DNA from: Octopus vulgaris
Taxonomy: Eukaryota
Assembly: GCA_951406725.2 (NCBI GenBank)
Contig: OX597817.1
Coordinates: 50,034,001-50,098,000 of the forward strand
DNA: 64,000 nt
Reading direction: 5' to 3'
The notes beneath the pieces are model-generated. The model was not told the origin of the DNA. It saw only the letters and a program-made list of their open reading frames with translations, and searched no databases. Both the position numbers and the translations under genes were made by a program. Below, in pieces: positions 24,795 through 38,473 of this stretch; position 1 is the stretch's first letter, and each line of letters starts with the position of its first letter.

Positions 24795-25770
24795 CAGTGT
24801 GCGATGGGTAAAAATCGCCGTTTTATATTTTTAATTTCACGCATGTGCGTTGTTTGCTTTTGATTTTGTCGACTACACCGTACAGTAAGATCAGTTGGAC
24901 ACCGTCTGTGAGCAAAACAGCACTTGGATGCAATTCACTCTGCCAGAAATTTGGAAACGACATGCTGTACTGCTTGGCATTTGCGCCGGAAGTTCCATTA
25001 CGAATAGATGGTGGACACAGAAAAAACGTTGGCTTGCTACGTCCCCCCGAAATGTACCGAGAGTGATAAAAATCAAACGTCTAGTCGGCAGAAACGTTAG
25101 CACGCCGGGCGAAATGCTGAACGGTATTTCGTCTGCCGCTACGTTCTGAGTTCAAATTCCGCCGAGGTCGACTTTGCCTTTCATCATTTCGGGGTCGATT
25201 AAATAAGTACCAGTTACGCACTGGGGTCGATATAATTGACTTAATCCGTTTATCTGTCCTTGCTTGTCCCCTCTGTGTTTAGCCCCTTGTGGGTAGTAAA
25301 GAAATAGGTGTTTGGAGTGATTACTAGTGATGGCGACGTTATGCCTCTATTCGCCTTCACACACGGCCTCACACACAACACGGAGGCCTACATCAAGTGC
25401 TTGGAGCAGGTAGTGTTGCCCTGAGTCATGTGAGTGGCTGCTAGAAGGCCTTATGCCTGGCAACAGGACTCTGCACCATGCCACACAAGCAGGAAAACCC
25501 AGTCATGGCTGTCAGACAATTTCTGCGACCACAACACCCATAACATCTGACCCCCTAACACCCCACACTGCAACCCCTTGATTATTATGTGTGGGGCGCA
25601 GTAAGCGAGAAACCAACAAAGCTCCTTATAACATCAAAGATAAACTGATGGCAATGATTATGGCAGCATTCACCAACTTAAACAAAGAGATCATCCGGAA
25701 GAGTTCCAGAAGATTCCTAAGTCGTCTGGTCAAAACCCATAACCTTCGCTCTACTATGTTAAATTGAGGA

Positions 25771-25822
<52 letters not shown>

Positions 25823-25872
25823 TATCTATTAGTTAGTTGTTCCACTCAGACTGTGGTCATGCTGGGGCACCG

Positions 25873-25921
<49 letters not shown>

Positions 25922-26087
25922 TAATTAAATATATTCAGTTGAAGCCAATGGCGATTTGATTGAATAAATTCTTTAGCATTTCAAGATATTTTTATGTAAT
26001 TTTGGTAAATATATCTATTGAAATGAGGTGTTAGTATTAATTTTCATTTTTGAATAATGTAGACGACAATATAGTCACAGCACCCTG
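24795..26087 (+). mobile_element. Tc1/mariner-superfamily transposon remnant (maT/DD37D-like) with nested SINE B (25075-25310) and a (TA)n-containing insert
   Basis: Degenerate TIRs ta|cagtgtgcgatggg ... cacagcaccctg|ta; coding remnant WQQDSAPCHTSRKTQSWLSDNF...CNPLDYYVWG. Confidence 0.75.
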
Positions 26088-27152
26088 TATATATGTAGTG
26101 AAAAAATTAAAATGTGTTGGACATTCTCCAAAGAATATTGGTCAACTTGACCTCTTGGAATCATCTGTGAGAGACGAAGCTAAAATATATAAAGTTGACT
26201 ACTACACTTGAGAAGTTTGGCCTGTTAAATACCGTCTAATGAAATCCACATGAAACAGAAGCTGAACTGTACCCAGATTAATATCTTCAACATTGGCATA
26301 TTATTTCACAAAAGATTTTCGTCAGAAAGGATTACTTTGGAAAGACTGCTGCTGAAAACATCAATCTTCAAAATTTTTTACTGCTTCTTGTTCTTTATAG
26401 CAATGCAGAAAGTCAGATTTCCTCCATGCTCCCTATTATTATTTTCTTTTTTACATCTGTGCTTAGATAAAGGGACAGTACTTATAAATTTTGCAGGCTC
26501 TTCATCTCTATTGCTTTTATTGGAAGAAAACATCCATGGAACAGAACTCGACGAAATTCTCAGCTTAAATTCCAGAAAGGAACTCCTATACTGCCCGTAA
26601 GAATTCGAAGAAATACAGAATTCATGATTTGTATGGAATCTGAAACAAAAACTCTTGCATAAAGTTAAATACAAAAAGGTTTGTCTTTTTTGTCCGCGAC
26701 GTACACCGAACACAATGGATGTCCACTGTACAAAACGAGGAAACCAGGCGACGGGGAATTCGCAGCAACAATTAAACAACACAATTCAATTATTTAAGTC
26801 GACAATCGATGGATAGATTTACCATGGCTTTTGATTTCAAAGTTGAAGTTGGTAGTAAACTCGATTAATTACGTCTGCAAATATGTGAACAAAGGAGACT
26901 TGATTAAACGAGTATTTAATTCCTAAATTTCGACCCAGCCATGCTGAAATTACGATTTAACAGAAAGGCATATTCATCAACTAATAAAGAGATGTGGAAA
27001 ATTATTAAATTTCTTATCAATGAACACCATCCGAGCGTAAATATATTTAAGTGTTCGTCTAGAATATGGCTAAAGGAAATTGCCCGTGTTCGCATGAAAC
27101 ATACGCTTTGGTCAAAATCCATAGCCTTCGCTGTACTATGTTAAATTAAGGA

Positions 27153-27242
<90 letters not shown>

Positions 27243-27327
27243 ATATATATATATATATATAAATATATAAAATCTTTTATCTATTAGTTAGTTGTTCCAC
27301 TCAGACTGTGGCCATGCTGGGGCACCG

Positions 27328-27362
<35 letters not shown>

Positions 27363-27479
27363 ATAAGAAAATGGAGAAATATTAACATTTATGTATTAAC
27401 TTTGTTGGGTACTTCACTAGCAGTATATTGGATATATGTTATCCCATGGAGGGTTGCATTTACAACCCCTATCTCAATT

Positions 27480-27563
<84 letters not shown>

Positions 27564-27568
<5 letters not shown>

Positions 27569-27845
27569 GTAAATGTAATATGTGACAATTATTCGGTAGC
27601 CATGATAAAACTCCGAGTTTCAGATGCCGAGGTGGAAATCTACGCCGCCATCTCTTCAGTTTTCCGGCATTTTTTCCGATGGCCGGATAACTGAAGAGAT
27701 GGCGGTGTGGATTTCCACCTCGGCATCCGAAACTAGGAGTTTTATCATGGCTACCGAATAATTGTCACATATTACATTTACATATAAATTCCTCAATTTA
27801 CATAATATCGAGGCCGCTTTCATTCTTTTGTTTCTTACCATTTTA
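27564..27845. mobile_element. Penelope-type terminal-repeat fold-back carrying hammerhead-like motifs on both arms
   Basis: Inverted repeat 27564-27786 with ~105-bp arms. Plus arm: GAUAA-CUGAAGA-GAUG...CAUC(C)-GAAA-CUAGGAG-UU^UUAUC. Tail 27787-27845 is shared with 51539-51600. Flanked by (TA)n. Confidence 0.65.
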
Positions 27846-27865
27846 TATGTGTGTATGTATGTATG

Positions 27866-27924
<59 letters not shown>

Positions 27925-28261
27925 TTAACTAAATATATTTAGTTGAAATATTATACACTGAATTTATAATGAGTGCTCTTTGTATAAAGTGTTAAAAATA
28001 TTAATACTATAAAGTATTTAGACATTAATACGAGGGATTATATATCTTCTCCATCTCCATTAATGTGTATCAACAATGGATTCCATTATAATGACAATAC
28101 TATCGTGAAACGATCGTAAGATACATTTATTAACAAATTTTTAAACTGTCATGTTTCATATATTTACATATATTTTTAATACAATAATATTTTAGATATA
28201 TATATATCTTCGTGAGGAATTTTTTTGATATTGAATTTCATGCTATTATTTCAAAACACAG

Positions 28262-28630
28262 TAGGAGTGGCTATGTGGTAAGTAGCTTGCCTACCAACCA
28301 CATGTTTCCAGGTTCATTCCCACTGCGTGGCAACTTGGGCAAGTGTCTGCTGCTACAGCCTTGGGCCGACCAAAGCCTTGTGAGTGGATTTGGTAGACGG
28401 AAACTGAAAGTAGCCCGTCGTATGTGTGTATATGTTTGTGTGTCTGTGTGTGTCCCCCCAACATCACTTGACAACCGATACTGGTGTGTTTACGTCCCCT
28501 AAACTTAGCGGTTCGGCAAAAGAGACCGATAGAATAAGTACTAGGCTTCCAAAGAATAAGTCCTGGGATCGATTTGCTCGACTAAAGGCGGTGCTCCAGC
28601 ATGGCTGCAGTCAAATGACTGAAACAAGAA
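28262..28630 (+). mobile_element. SINE family A, full length
   Basis: Head, body and tail. Confidence 0.88.
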
Positions 28631-29724
28631 GGTAATGGCGAACTTCTGCTGACTCTTTCGCCACAACTTTCTCTCTCTTTCCTCTTGCATCTTGCAGCTC
28701 ACCTGTGACGGACCGGCGTCCCATCCAGGTGGGGAACCTACACACTAATGAAACCGGGGAAACCAGCCCTTATGAGCCAGGCATTGCTTGAGAAGAAACA
28801 AACGACAACACTATATAAATGTAGTAGTAATCTAGTTACAGATGTGTTTAACAGGCGTCTCAACCAAACCGAGAAATCGTCCAACAAACAAACAGAACAG
28901 CCTGCGAAAATATAAATTTTGTTTTAGCTCGGCAATGCTCAAATTCTAGTTGATTGTGATAGATTACTTTAAATTCCTGGTCTGAGTATAAATCAAGTAT
29001 GAAGGAAAAATAAATGGCTGTAAAATATATCCAAATATCCGTATCTGCCTCATTTATCATAAATTTATTGCAGAAAGAGTTGTACTAGCCCTAATAAATG
29101 AAACGGCGAAGGAAATTAATTTTAAGTGAAGGGGTCTTCTGGGATATTCCATTGCGTATAAATGTTTAGCTAGAAGCAAAAATCCTTAGCAATTGGGAAA
29201 TAACCCCATAGACTTTTAAAGTTCACTTCCTACCTCTTGGAGTCTTACCTGTGTGGAAAAGACCCCAGCCATGGTTGGAAATGTACATGATCCTCGTCTC
29301 TATAATGAGCCTCGCGGATCAGAAAAATAACAACACCAAAACGCTATTTCCAAACATCATAGAAGCAACAACTTCTACAGATTGTGAGAAGAAAGATGTT
29401 TTTATTCTAAGAATTCACTTAATCCTATCGGATTTGTCCTTCGAATTTACATGATTTCAGTATAAGGAGAGTATCATACTTGTCGAAATAAATTTGAAAT
29501 GGCACTGTTATTTCATAATCAAGTATAAATTTGTTTTTCCGCCATTGTAAACAGCGGGAAATTGTTTTTCTTTTCAGTTTCTGACAATGAAAAAAAAAAA
29601 AAAAAACACGCCAAATTATAACGAAAAAGTTGACTGATTAGAAAAATAATTAAGTTAGAGTAATTACGTAAATTGGTACAGCATATATTAAAAATTTGTG
29701 TTTACGCAAAATTTCAATAATTTC

Positions 29725-29960
29725 GTGGCTCTCCGTCGGATACGACGATGTGGATTCCAGTTGATCCAATAAACGGAACGGCCTGCTCGTGAAATTAACG
29801 TGTAAGTGGCTGAGCACTCCATAGACACGTGTTCCCTTAAAGTAGTTCTCGAGGAGACTCAGCCTGATACAAAGTGTGAGAAGGCTGGCCCTTCGAAATG
29901 CAGAAACAGAAAGAAAGAGAGAAAGTTGTGGTGAAAGAGTACAGCAGGGTTCGCCACCAA
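29725..29960 (-). mobile_element. SINE family C 3' part
   Basis: gcctgctcgtgaaattaacgtg.aagtggctgagcactcc shared with 42600 and 63020. Confidence 0.7.
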
Positions 29961-30789
29961 CTTCTTCGTTGGTGGTTTTTGGTAGATGCTCTAGCATGTA
30001 CAGATCGTCTCTAATGAAACTTTTAACGTATTTGAGGAAAGGTTTCAATAGTATGTCCAGAAAGTTGCTTAGGCGGTGTGTTTCACAGGCTGGGCCCGCT
30101 ATAATCGGTCTTAATTTTAAGTCTTCTAATGTTGGGATATTTATTTATGTATAGACCTGGATTTGATTTGCAGGCATTAGTAATTATTTTACTCCTGTGG
30201 ATTTTGCGGGAGGCCATATAAAATTCTTGGTTTGCATTTAACGTTTGTGATATAGTCTTTTTGTGTGAGGCTTTTTCCAAGTTTAGGTATTAAAGATGCA
30301 ATGTTTTTATTGTCTATAGTTTGCAAAGTTTTCGTAAAAGGAGTCGTTTTCTAATATGGGCAATGCTAGGTTTTTATAGTATTGTGTGTTCATCAGGACT
30401 ACAATACTACCTTTTTATGCTTCTTTGATTGTCAGGCCTTCGTGGTTTTTTAGTTGTAGTAGGTGATTCCATTGTAGCTTGTTGAAGTTTGGTACAATTT
30501 TTGGTTTATAGAAAGTGTGAGGAAAATTCTGGATACGGATGCAGAAGTTGTCTAGTATTTTATTCCTTACTTTGGGTACTCTCTCTCTCTTTTACTTGTT
30601 TCAGTCATTTGACTGAGGCCATGCTGGAGCACCGCCTTTAATCGAGCAACTCGACCCCGGGACTTATTCTTTTGTAAGCCCAGTACTTATTCTATCGGTC
30701 TCTTTTGCCGAACCGCTAAGTAACGGGGACATAAACACACCAGCATCGCTTGTCAAGCAATATTAGGGGGACAAACACAGACACACAAA

Positions 30790-30831
<42 letters not shown>

Positions 30832-32235
30832 TACGACGGGCTTCTTTCAGTTTCCGTCTACCAAATCCACTCACAAGGCATTGGTCGGCCCGGGGCTATA
30901 GCAGAAGACACTTGCCCAAGATGCCACGCAGTGGGACTGAACCCGGAACCATGTGGTTGGTAAGCAAGCTACTTACCACACAGCCACTCCTGCACCTGTT
31001 GTGGGTATTTTTGTTGGAATTAGTTGTAGGGGTGTTTAGTCCAGTATGGGGCGCTGTGAAGTTGTTCTTTTTATCTGGGTGAGAGAGTTGAAGTTCCGAA
31101 AGTTGAATTCCTTTGTTTAGGAGTAGATAGGACCCCCTGCCTGTTCCTAGTTGTTTGAGAGAAAGAATCGAAATAATAATGATAATTATTATTATTATTA
31201 GTCCTGGGGTGTTTCTTATTAATGGGTGGTTCTTACTGATGTTTCCTATTAATGGGGGTGGGGTCCTATTGTGAGGCTGGTCATGGTTGATTACCCAGTG
31301 GTGGGATAGTTTTGTGTGTCTGAGTTGAAAGTTTGATCTGGATCTAAGGTTATTGGTTTCTGTGGATGTATTTGTTTTGGATTTTTTTATAAAGGAGTTG
31401 TCTAAGGTGTAGTCTCTTTTGAATTGAGATTCGCAGTTGAGGAAAAAGTTGATATTGTTTTCCCATCGTTCTAGTGAATTAATTTCTTCCGATTCACAGT
31501 TGTCTTTCCATAGTTTAATAACATTTTGTAGAAGTTGTTCATTGGCATGTATCGTGAGTTCTGTGTTCATCTCGTCATCGATCGTTTTATATTTTTTGTT
31601 CATAATTCTTAGCTCTGAGTGTAAGTAATTCAATCTCTGTTCTCATTCTTTTCTAGTGCTACTTTCTCTCTGAGGGTTCGTTGTTGTTCTGGTTCATCTG
31701 GGACGTGTTTGATTTGGAGTTTGAGCAGCAAGATTAATGGTGTCGAGTTGATCCCTTTTTCATATATTTGTGCCTTATTATTTTTTTTTTACCAACTTCC
31801 AATGAATGAGAGTGTTCTGGTGTTGAGGTTTTTGGACCAAGTGTGACTAATGCAGCTTTTAATTAGACGTGCTGAAATTGGTGTGTTTTCATTTAGGGTG
31901 GGTGATTTTTGTAATGTATATTCTGTGGTATTCTTTAAGAGATTGTTTGTGAAAAATTCGTTTAATGTAGTGCATAGTTCATTTAGATTTTGATTGACCT
32001 TCGCTGTAGATTGCTATCAAGTCTTCTCGGGTTTGGCGATACAGTCCATCGATTTTGTTGGTTAGGGTGAATAAATTTGCGTTGATTTCTTTTAATTCCT
32101 TAAGAATGTTCTCGTTGGTAATTTTATCCGATGGGGTGGACGTAGGTTTCGCAGGCATTTTGCGTGCGACGTAAGGCAAATAGTAGAAATATAAAAGGAA
32201 CAAAAATACTGGAGAATCGGTATATAGCACGTGGC
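29960..32235 (-). mobile_element. Penelope-like retroelement, N-terminal region and start of RT, degenerate; SINE A nested at 30585-30995
   Basis: Minus strand VVLMNTQYYK, KIHRSK and PIIAGPACETHRLSNFLDILLKPFLKYVKSFIRDD are typical Penelope RT N-terminal motifs; upstream coiled-coil-like ORF pieces. Confidence 0.75.
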
Positions 32236-32319
32236 AAAATTATGAAGTGAAAATATGTGGAAAATATATCTAAAAAATGGAAGAGAAATGTCTTCGTTTC
32301 ACATAGTTTAATATCTTTG

Positions 32320-32402
<83 letters not shown>

Positions 32403-32414
32403 GTCTGTCTGTCT

Positions 32415-32456
<42 letters not shown>

Positions 32457-32458
32457 AA

Positions 32459-32532
<74 letters not shown>

Positions 32533-32533
32533 T

Positions 32534-32574
<41 letters not shown>

Positions 32575-33424
32575 TTATATATGTATCTTTATATCAGCAC
32601 TGTCCTGTACAAGGCTACTGTACTTGGAAAAGAACGCTGCACCTCGTCTATGTTTTGGGACAAATTATAGGAGAATTAGGTGACGAAGAACATGCTATAC
32701 AGACCAGACACAAAGGATGAACTACAACAAGATGGTGATATCCAAGCATAAAAGTCACAGATCGATGTACTTTGTCTGTTGAAGGCCACAGAGTTTTGGG
32801 AGATGACCGGGGTCTGTAAGAGAAAGACAGCCAGATGCCTCCGGATTCTGCTTACCAAATAGTCTGATAGTAGTCGAGAGAAAGAGAACGGTAATTTTAA
32901 GAAATGTTTCGATATCTCCTTACGGAGAATAGATTAAAAAAACTGCCCGAAGATGTATAAACTATCTTAGAATATCGAGACGGCATTTTGTATGAATAGA
33001 TATTTTTCGTTTCATAGCAGCGACTGACTACCAGACAGTCAACTTGTTATCTCTGATAAAAGTCGAGAACAAAAGACTGCGCTCGGGAAGTATGTTTTCA
33101 TAAAAGTGTGGGATACAAATTCGTTCTGATAGCGTGAGGAAAATTAGAATTATACTTCAGAATTATAGAGTACTAAGACAAACCGGCCTCATAATGCAGT
33201 ATTCGAACATAGAAAAATATACTGGAAACATACAAAGACGGGGATCTGGGAAAGCGTGTGGACACACTGGATTTAAGAATTACAGCGAGTAATATAGTTA
33301 AGATGTTGAAGTTGATTATAAATAGCAGGGGAAAGTTGCTTTTGAGTAATAAGTATATTTTCAATCTCACATAACAATAGAGGTATATATTTCTAACTCT
33401 CAATTGCCTGTTGATGACTCTAAC

Positions 33425-33565
33425 CCATGTCGCTTGCTTACTAACCACATGGTTCCGGGTTCAGTCCCACAACGTGGCACTTTGGGCAAGTCTCTTCACT
33501 TATAGCCTCGGGCCGACCAAAGCCTTGGGAGTGGATTTGGTAGACGGAAACTGAAAGAATCCCGT

Positions 33566-33621
<56 letters not shown>

Positions 33622-33830
33622 TGTATGTGTGTTTGTTTGACCCCGCAACATCACTGACAACCAATGTTTGTGTGTTTACGACCCCGTAAAATAGCGGTTC
33701 GGCAAAAGAGCCGATTGAACTAGTACTAGGCTTACAAAGAATAAGTCCTGGGGTCGATTTGCTCGACTAAAAACGGTGCTCCAGAATGGCCGCAGTCAAA
33801 TGACTGAAACAAATAAAAGAATAAAAGAAT
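33425..33830 (+). mobile_element. SINE family A
   Basis: B box-like ggttccgggttcagtccc, body and tail. Confidence 0.85.
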
Positions 33831-34024
33831 ATTGTGTATAAGGATTTGGTTGGCTCAAGGCTATAGTAGAAGATAACTCCTCAAGGTGCCACACAGTAGG
33901 ACTGAACTCAGAATCATGTGGCTTGCAAGCAAGCTTCTTACCACACACCCACACCTGTGCATAACGCCATGATTGATCGTTAAATCCACATTTTTTTTTT
34001 CTTATTCTCCCACTGTTCATTTCA

Positions 34025-34193
34025 TCGTGTTCCTTTCTGCTGAAGAGCGTAGGCTCGAAACGTAACAGTCTTTCTCACTTTCCCTAACGTCAAACTAATA
34101 CACCTGTTTGTTGTTTATACACCTGTCTTCGTATTTTGTTTTTCTGTAAATTTCGACATATATATGCATATGTATGTATGTCTATATATATAC

Positions 34194-34255
<62 letters not shown>

Positions 34256-34386
34256 AGAATTTCACAAAAAAGCAAAAGACGAAGACAGGTGGTATAGACA
34301 ACAAACAGATGTATTTGTATAACGCTCGGGAAGTGAAAAAGTCTATAACGTTTCGAGCCTACGCTCTTCCACAGAAAGGAACACGA
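34025..34386. mobile_element. Inverted pair of Penelope-type terminal fragments around a (TA)n tract
   Basis: 34025-34157 and 34252-34386 are imperfect reverse complements; motif ctgaagagcgtaggctcgaaacgt; a related piece lies at 55745-55850. Confidence 0.6.
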
Positions 34387-35117
34387 GAAAATAAAGAGAG
34401 AGAATAAGAAAAATTGTTGATTTAACGAAAAAAACAAGGAGAGAAAATAAAGAACGTGTAGTGGCTAGCGATCTATCATGGCGATCTAATATATTACTTT
34501 TCAAGATTTTTTGTATAGCTGAACTTTTACAAGTTTTAATCTCCCACGATTACATGTATCTACACTCGCATACACGTTTCTTATGATCTTATTTCATCAT
34601 TATATGCTCGAATAGAATGTCTTACTTCACTTAAATTTTATTATCTGAATTATTTTAATGTATACTTGTGTTTATTGATTCTAAAACTACATGAATAAAA
34701 CAACGTATGTCGTTCAATCTGGTCTTATAAATCACGGGAACCAAGATTTCGTTTATTTGGATGTAATAATTTTGATCTTCTACTAAAATATTTATTATTT
34801 CTTAGCTCATAAACAAGCACAAAAGATAGTTGTACTATACATAGAGTATCATCTCCACTAACACTTCATATTATTCTATGTGTGTGTGTGTGTTGCATTG
34901 TAATGTATTATACGTACTTTCATTAAACCTAAATAAACATCATAGCCTTGTGCGACCCAGATATATCTGCTTTATAAAATCTTATTATTTTCTTTGAGAA
35001 TGCAATCAAAATGTAGGTAAATATACATCTGATAAATATATTAGCTTTAACGTAATTGTTATGTCTACCAAGATATCTAAATTAGACATTTTAGCTTTCA
35101 CAGTAGATAGGTGTATG

Positions 35118-36195
35118 GATGCGTCTCTGAAAACTATGGAAGGAGGTGGGGAGTGATAGAGTAAAAGAAAGAGGGAGATTGAAAGTGAGAAATGAAGAGA
35201 AAGTGTGACAGAGAAGAAAGAGGAAGATGGAGTCGTGTAATTTAAAACTGTAATAAAAATATGATTATTGCGGTGAAAAATATCTAAATCAATGATTTTT
35301 GATAAGCTGCATTGTTGTTTTAAGCATGAGATAGTTCGCATTATAAAGACTGACATTCTTCTGTAGAAGCAGAATAAAATATGAATTTTTTTTTTTTTTT
35401 GGTTTCAAAGAACTGTCAAATAGTTTTGTAGCTGAAGGAGACATTGGTGTCAATTGTCTAAAGATTTTCCATACACTTTTAAATTCTTCAAAGAATAAGT
35501 CCTGAGGTCGATTTGATCGACTAAAGGTGGTGCTCCAGCATGGACGCAGTCAAATGACTGAAACAAGTAAAATAAATAGATCTTGTAAGTTCTTAGTTAA
35601 CTTGGATGTGGAGAATTTGTTTATTTTCTCCTTAACTTCTTTGGAGAACTTTATCAACTAAGTTAACATAGAACGTACTAAATCTATGAACTAAAATGTA
35701 TATTGTTAAAATATTTAAAAAATAATAAATCAAAACGATTAGAACGACCAGTAAATTAATTCTTTTTCTTTTTTCAAATATACCTAACTGTACTAAATAT
35801 CTCACACATTTTCCAATGGGGACATAAACGCACAAACATCGGTTGTCAATTATTGAAGGAGGTGGGGAGTGAGAGAGAAAAAGGAAGAGGGAGATTGAAA
35901 GAGAGAAATGAAGAGAAAGTGTGACAGAGAAGAAAGAGGAAGACGGAGTCGAGTAATTTAAAACAGTAATAGGAATATGATTATTGCACTGAAAAATATC
36001 TAAATCAATGATTTTTTATAAGCTGCATTGTTGTTTTAAGCATGAGATAGTTCGCATTATAAAGACTGACATTCCTCTGTAGAAGCAGAATAAAATATGA
36101 ATTTATATTGTTTCAAAGAACTGTCAAATAGTTTTGTAGCTGCAGGATGCATTGGTGTCAATTGTCTGAAGATTTTCCATACACTTTTAAATACT
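35118..36195. repeat. Local direct duplication of ~350 bp
   Basis: 35138-35487 matches 35855-36198 (gaaggaggtggggagtga...gattttccatacacttttaaat). Confidence 0.85.
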
Positions 36196-36508
36196 TCTGT
36201 CAACGTCATCGTTTTCTGCACGCTAGCACAAGTTCTTGTATTAAGGCAAATACACAGACAACTGATAACAGTAAGAAGTCTAGCGGAGTAAAATACAATT
36301 ATACTTGTAAGAGATATTTTATACTTTTCTTTTATTAATATCTTCGCAACTTGCCAGCAAGATATGTAGGTTCTCTGGAATATTATAAACGTGATATAGA
36401 AATGATCGTTTGGTACTGACACAAAGCTGGTTATTAAATTGTTATATAAATAACAGCGTGTATCAAAAAGTAGAGGTAAACTTCATTGGAGTATATAAAC
36501 GTTCATTA

Positions 36509-37225
36509 TACAAGGGATGACAGAAGTAACGACCTTTTTTATTTAGCAATTCTTATAGTACACATTTAAAAAAAAATTTAGTAACTTTTCGCGATACACA
36601 GATATTGTTTTGAGCTAAGTGCGGGTGATGGATTCTCTTGTTCGAAAATATAAGGCCACAGATCGCGTCGTATAGCCAGCAGGAGGCGATGTCTCCTGGG
36701 GCTAAATTACAGCAACATTCATCCTAAACCAGGACTGCCATGTTATGTTGGTAAACAATCTTTACTCCAATAGTAATTTTTTATTGTACAAAAAATTATT
36801 ACAGTAATTAAAGAAATGAAAAATTGAACAATTAATGAAAATAAATTGCAGTAGCTTTAAGAAATTTATTAATTATTGCTCCATCAAAATAACATAATCC
36901 ATTAAGATAAACAATTTAATTAACGTGTTCAGAACGCCCTCCTTCGTTTTCATTGCAATGCTGAACCCAACAAACAAAACTTCTACAAACCGTTTGACAC
37001 ATTTCCAAGTTAATAGCAGAACATTTATCAGAAATTACGTGTTTTAATTCATCAATTGTTTTAGGTTTGAGCGAGTAAACAAGATCTTTCAATACACCCG
37101 CAAGAAAAGTCAATGTGGTGTTAGGCCTGACGATCGTGATGACCACTCAATTATTCCATGTTGTCCTATCCACCTTACCTCAACAATTCCTGAACGTTTT
37201 ACCCACAGTGAAGTGGTCTGCCAGA
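36509..37225 (-). mobile_element. Tc1/mariner-superfamily transposase remnant
   Basis: WSSRSSGLTP (decayed WPSRSPDLTP), then LKDLVY..KPKTIDELK...MCQTVCRSF...EH. Confidence 0.7.
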
Positions 37226-37650
37226 AGGCCGCGAGCTCTGCAGAAACGTTAGCACACCGGGCGAAATACTTCGCGGTATTTCGTTTGCCGTTACGTTCTG
37301 AGTTCAAATTCCGCCGAGGTCGACTTTGCCTTTCATCCTTTCGGGGTCGATGAAATAAGTACCAGTTACGCACTGAGGTCGATGTTATCGACTTAATCCG
37401 TTTGTCTGTCCTTGTTTGTTCCCCTCTCCCTGTGTTTAGTCCCTTGTGGGGAGTAAAGAAATAGGTATTTCATCTGCCACCACGTTCTGAGTTCAAATTC
37501 CGCTGAGGTCGACTTTGCCTTTCATCCTTAAAGGGTCGATAAATCAAGGACCAGTTACGCACTGGGGTCGATATAATTGACTTAATCCGCTTGTCTGTCC
37601 TGGTTTGTCCTCTCTGTGTTTAGCCCCTTGTGGGTAGTAAAGAAAGAGGT
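37225..37650 (+). mobile_element. SINE family B, two head-to-tail units
   Basis: Tail aaagaaataggt joined directly to atttc of the next unit at ~37466. Confidence 0.85.
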
Positions 37651-37735
37651 GGTCTGCCATCATGTTGAATGTAGAAAAACTATAACAATTATACAAGTAA
37701 GAAAGGGCGTTACCTCTGCCGCGCCCTCTATGTTC

Positions 37736-37766
<31 letters not shown>

Positions 37767-37789
37767 ATATATATATTGCTATTCATTAT

Positions 37790-38001
37790 GTATTCTTTTA
37801 TTCTTTTATTCGTTTCAGTTATTTGACTGCGGCTATGCTGGAGCACCGCCTTTAGTCGAACAAATCGACCCCCAGGACTTATTCTTTGTAAGAATAAGTC
37901 CTGGGGTCTATCGGTCTGTTTTGCCGCACTGCTAATTTACGTGAACATAAACACACCAACATCGGTTGTCAAGTTATGGTGGAGGAACAAACACAGACAT
38001 A

Positions 38002-38069
<68 letters not shown>

Positions 38070-38192
38070 CGATAGGCGTCTTTCAATTTCCGTCTACCAA
38101 ATCCACTCACAAGTCCCGAAACTATAGTAGAAGACACTTGCCAATCCGGAACCATGTGGTTGGTAAGCAAGCTACTAAACACAAAGCCACTC
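37790..38192 (-). mobile_element. SINE family A with internal inversions
   Basis: Minus-strand tail and body; small palindrome at 37867-37908; head segment partly flipped after 38112. Confidence 0.75.
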
Positions 38193-38473
38193 ATCTTAAA
38201 TTGAAACTAAAGGCAAAAGATGCTATTTATATTGTTGATAATTCACATATACGTCTTGTATTAGTGGAATAAGAGAATTTGTATATTAACAAGATCTGGT
38301 GTTTCATCTCTTCCCAGTTTTCTTTTTTCTTATCTGTATACTTACTTTTGCACTCTCTTATATATGTATGCACGTATGCATGAATGTATGTATGTATGTA
38401 TGTATGTATGTATGTATGTATGTATGTATGTATGTATGTATGTATGTATGTATGTATGTATGTTTCTATGTAT

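Noticed and set aside
26090-27110. Non-repetitive, coding-looking stretch (also 32590-33360 and 8247-8669)
   Set aside because: Short or interrupted frames with no recognisable motif; cannot assign without a homology search.
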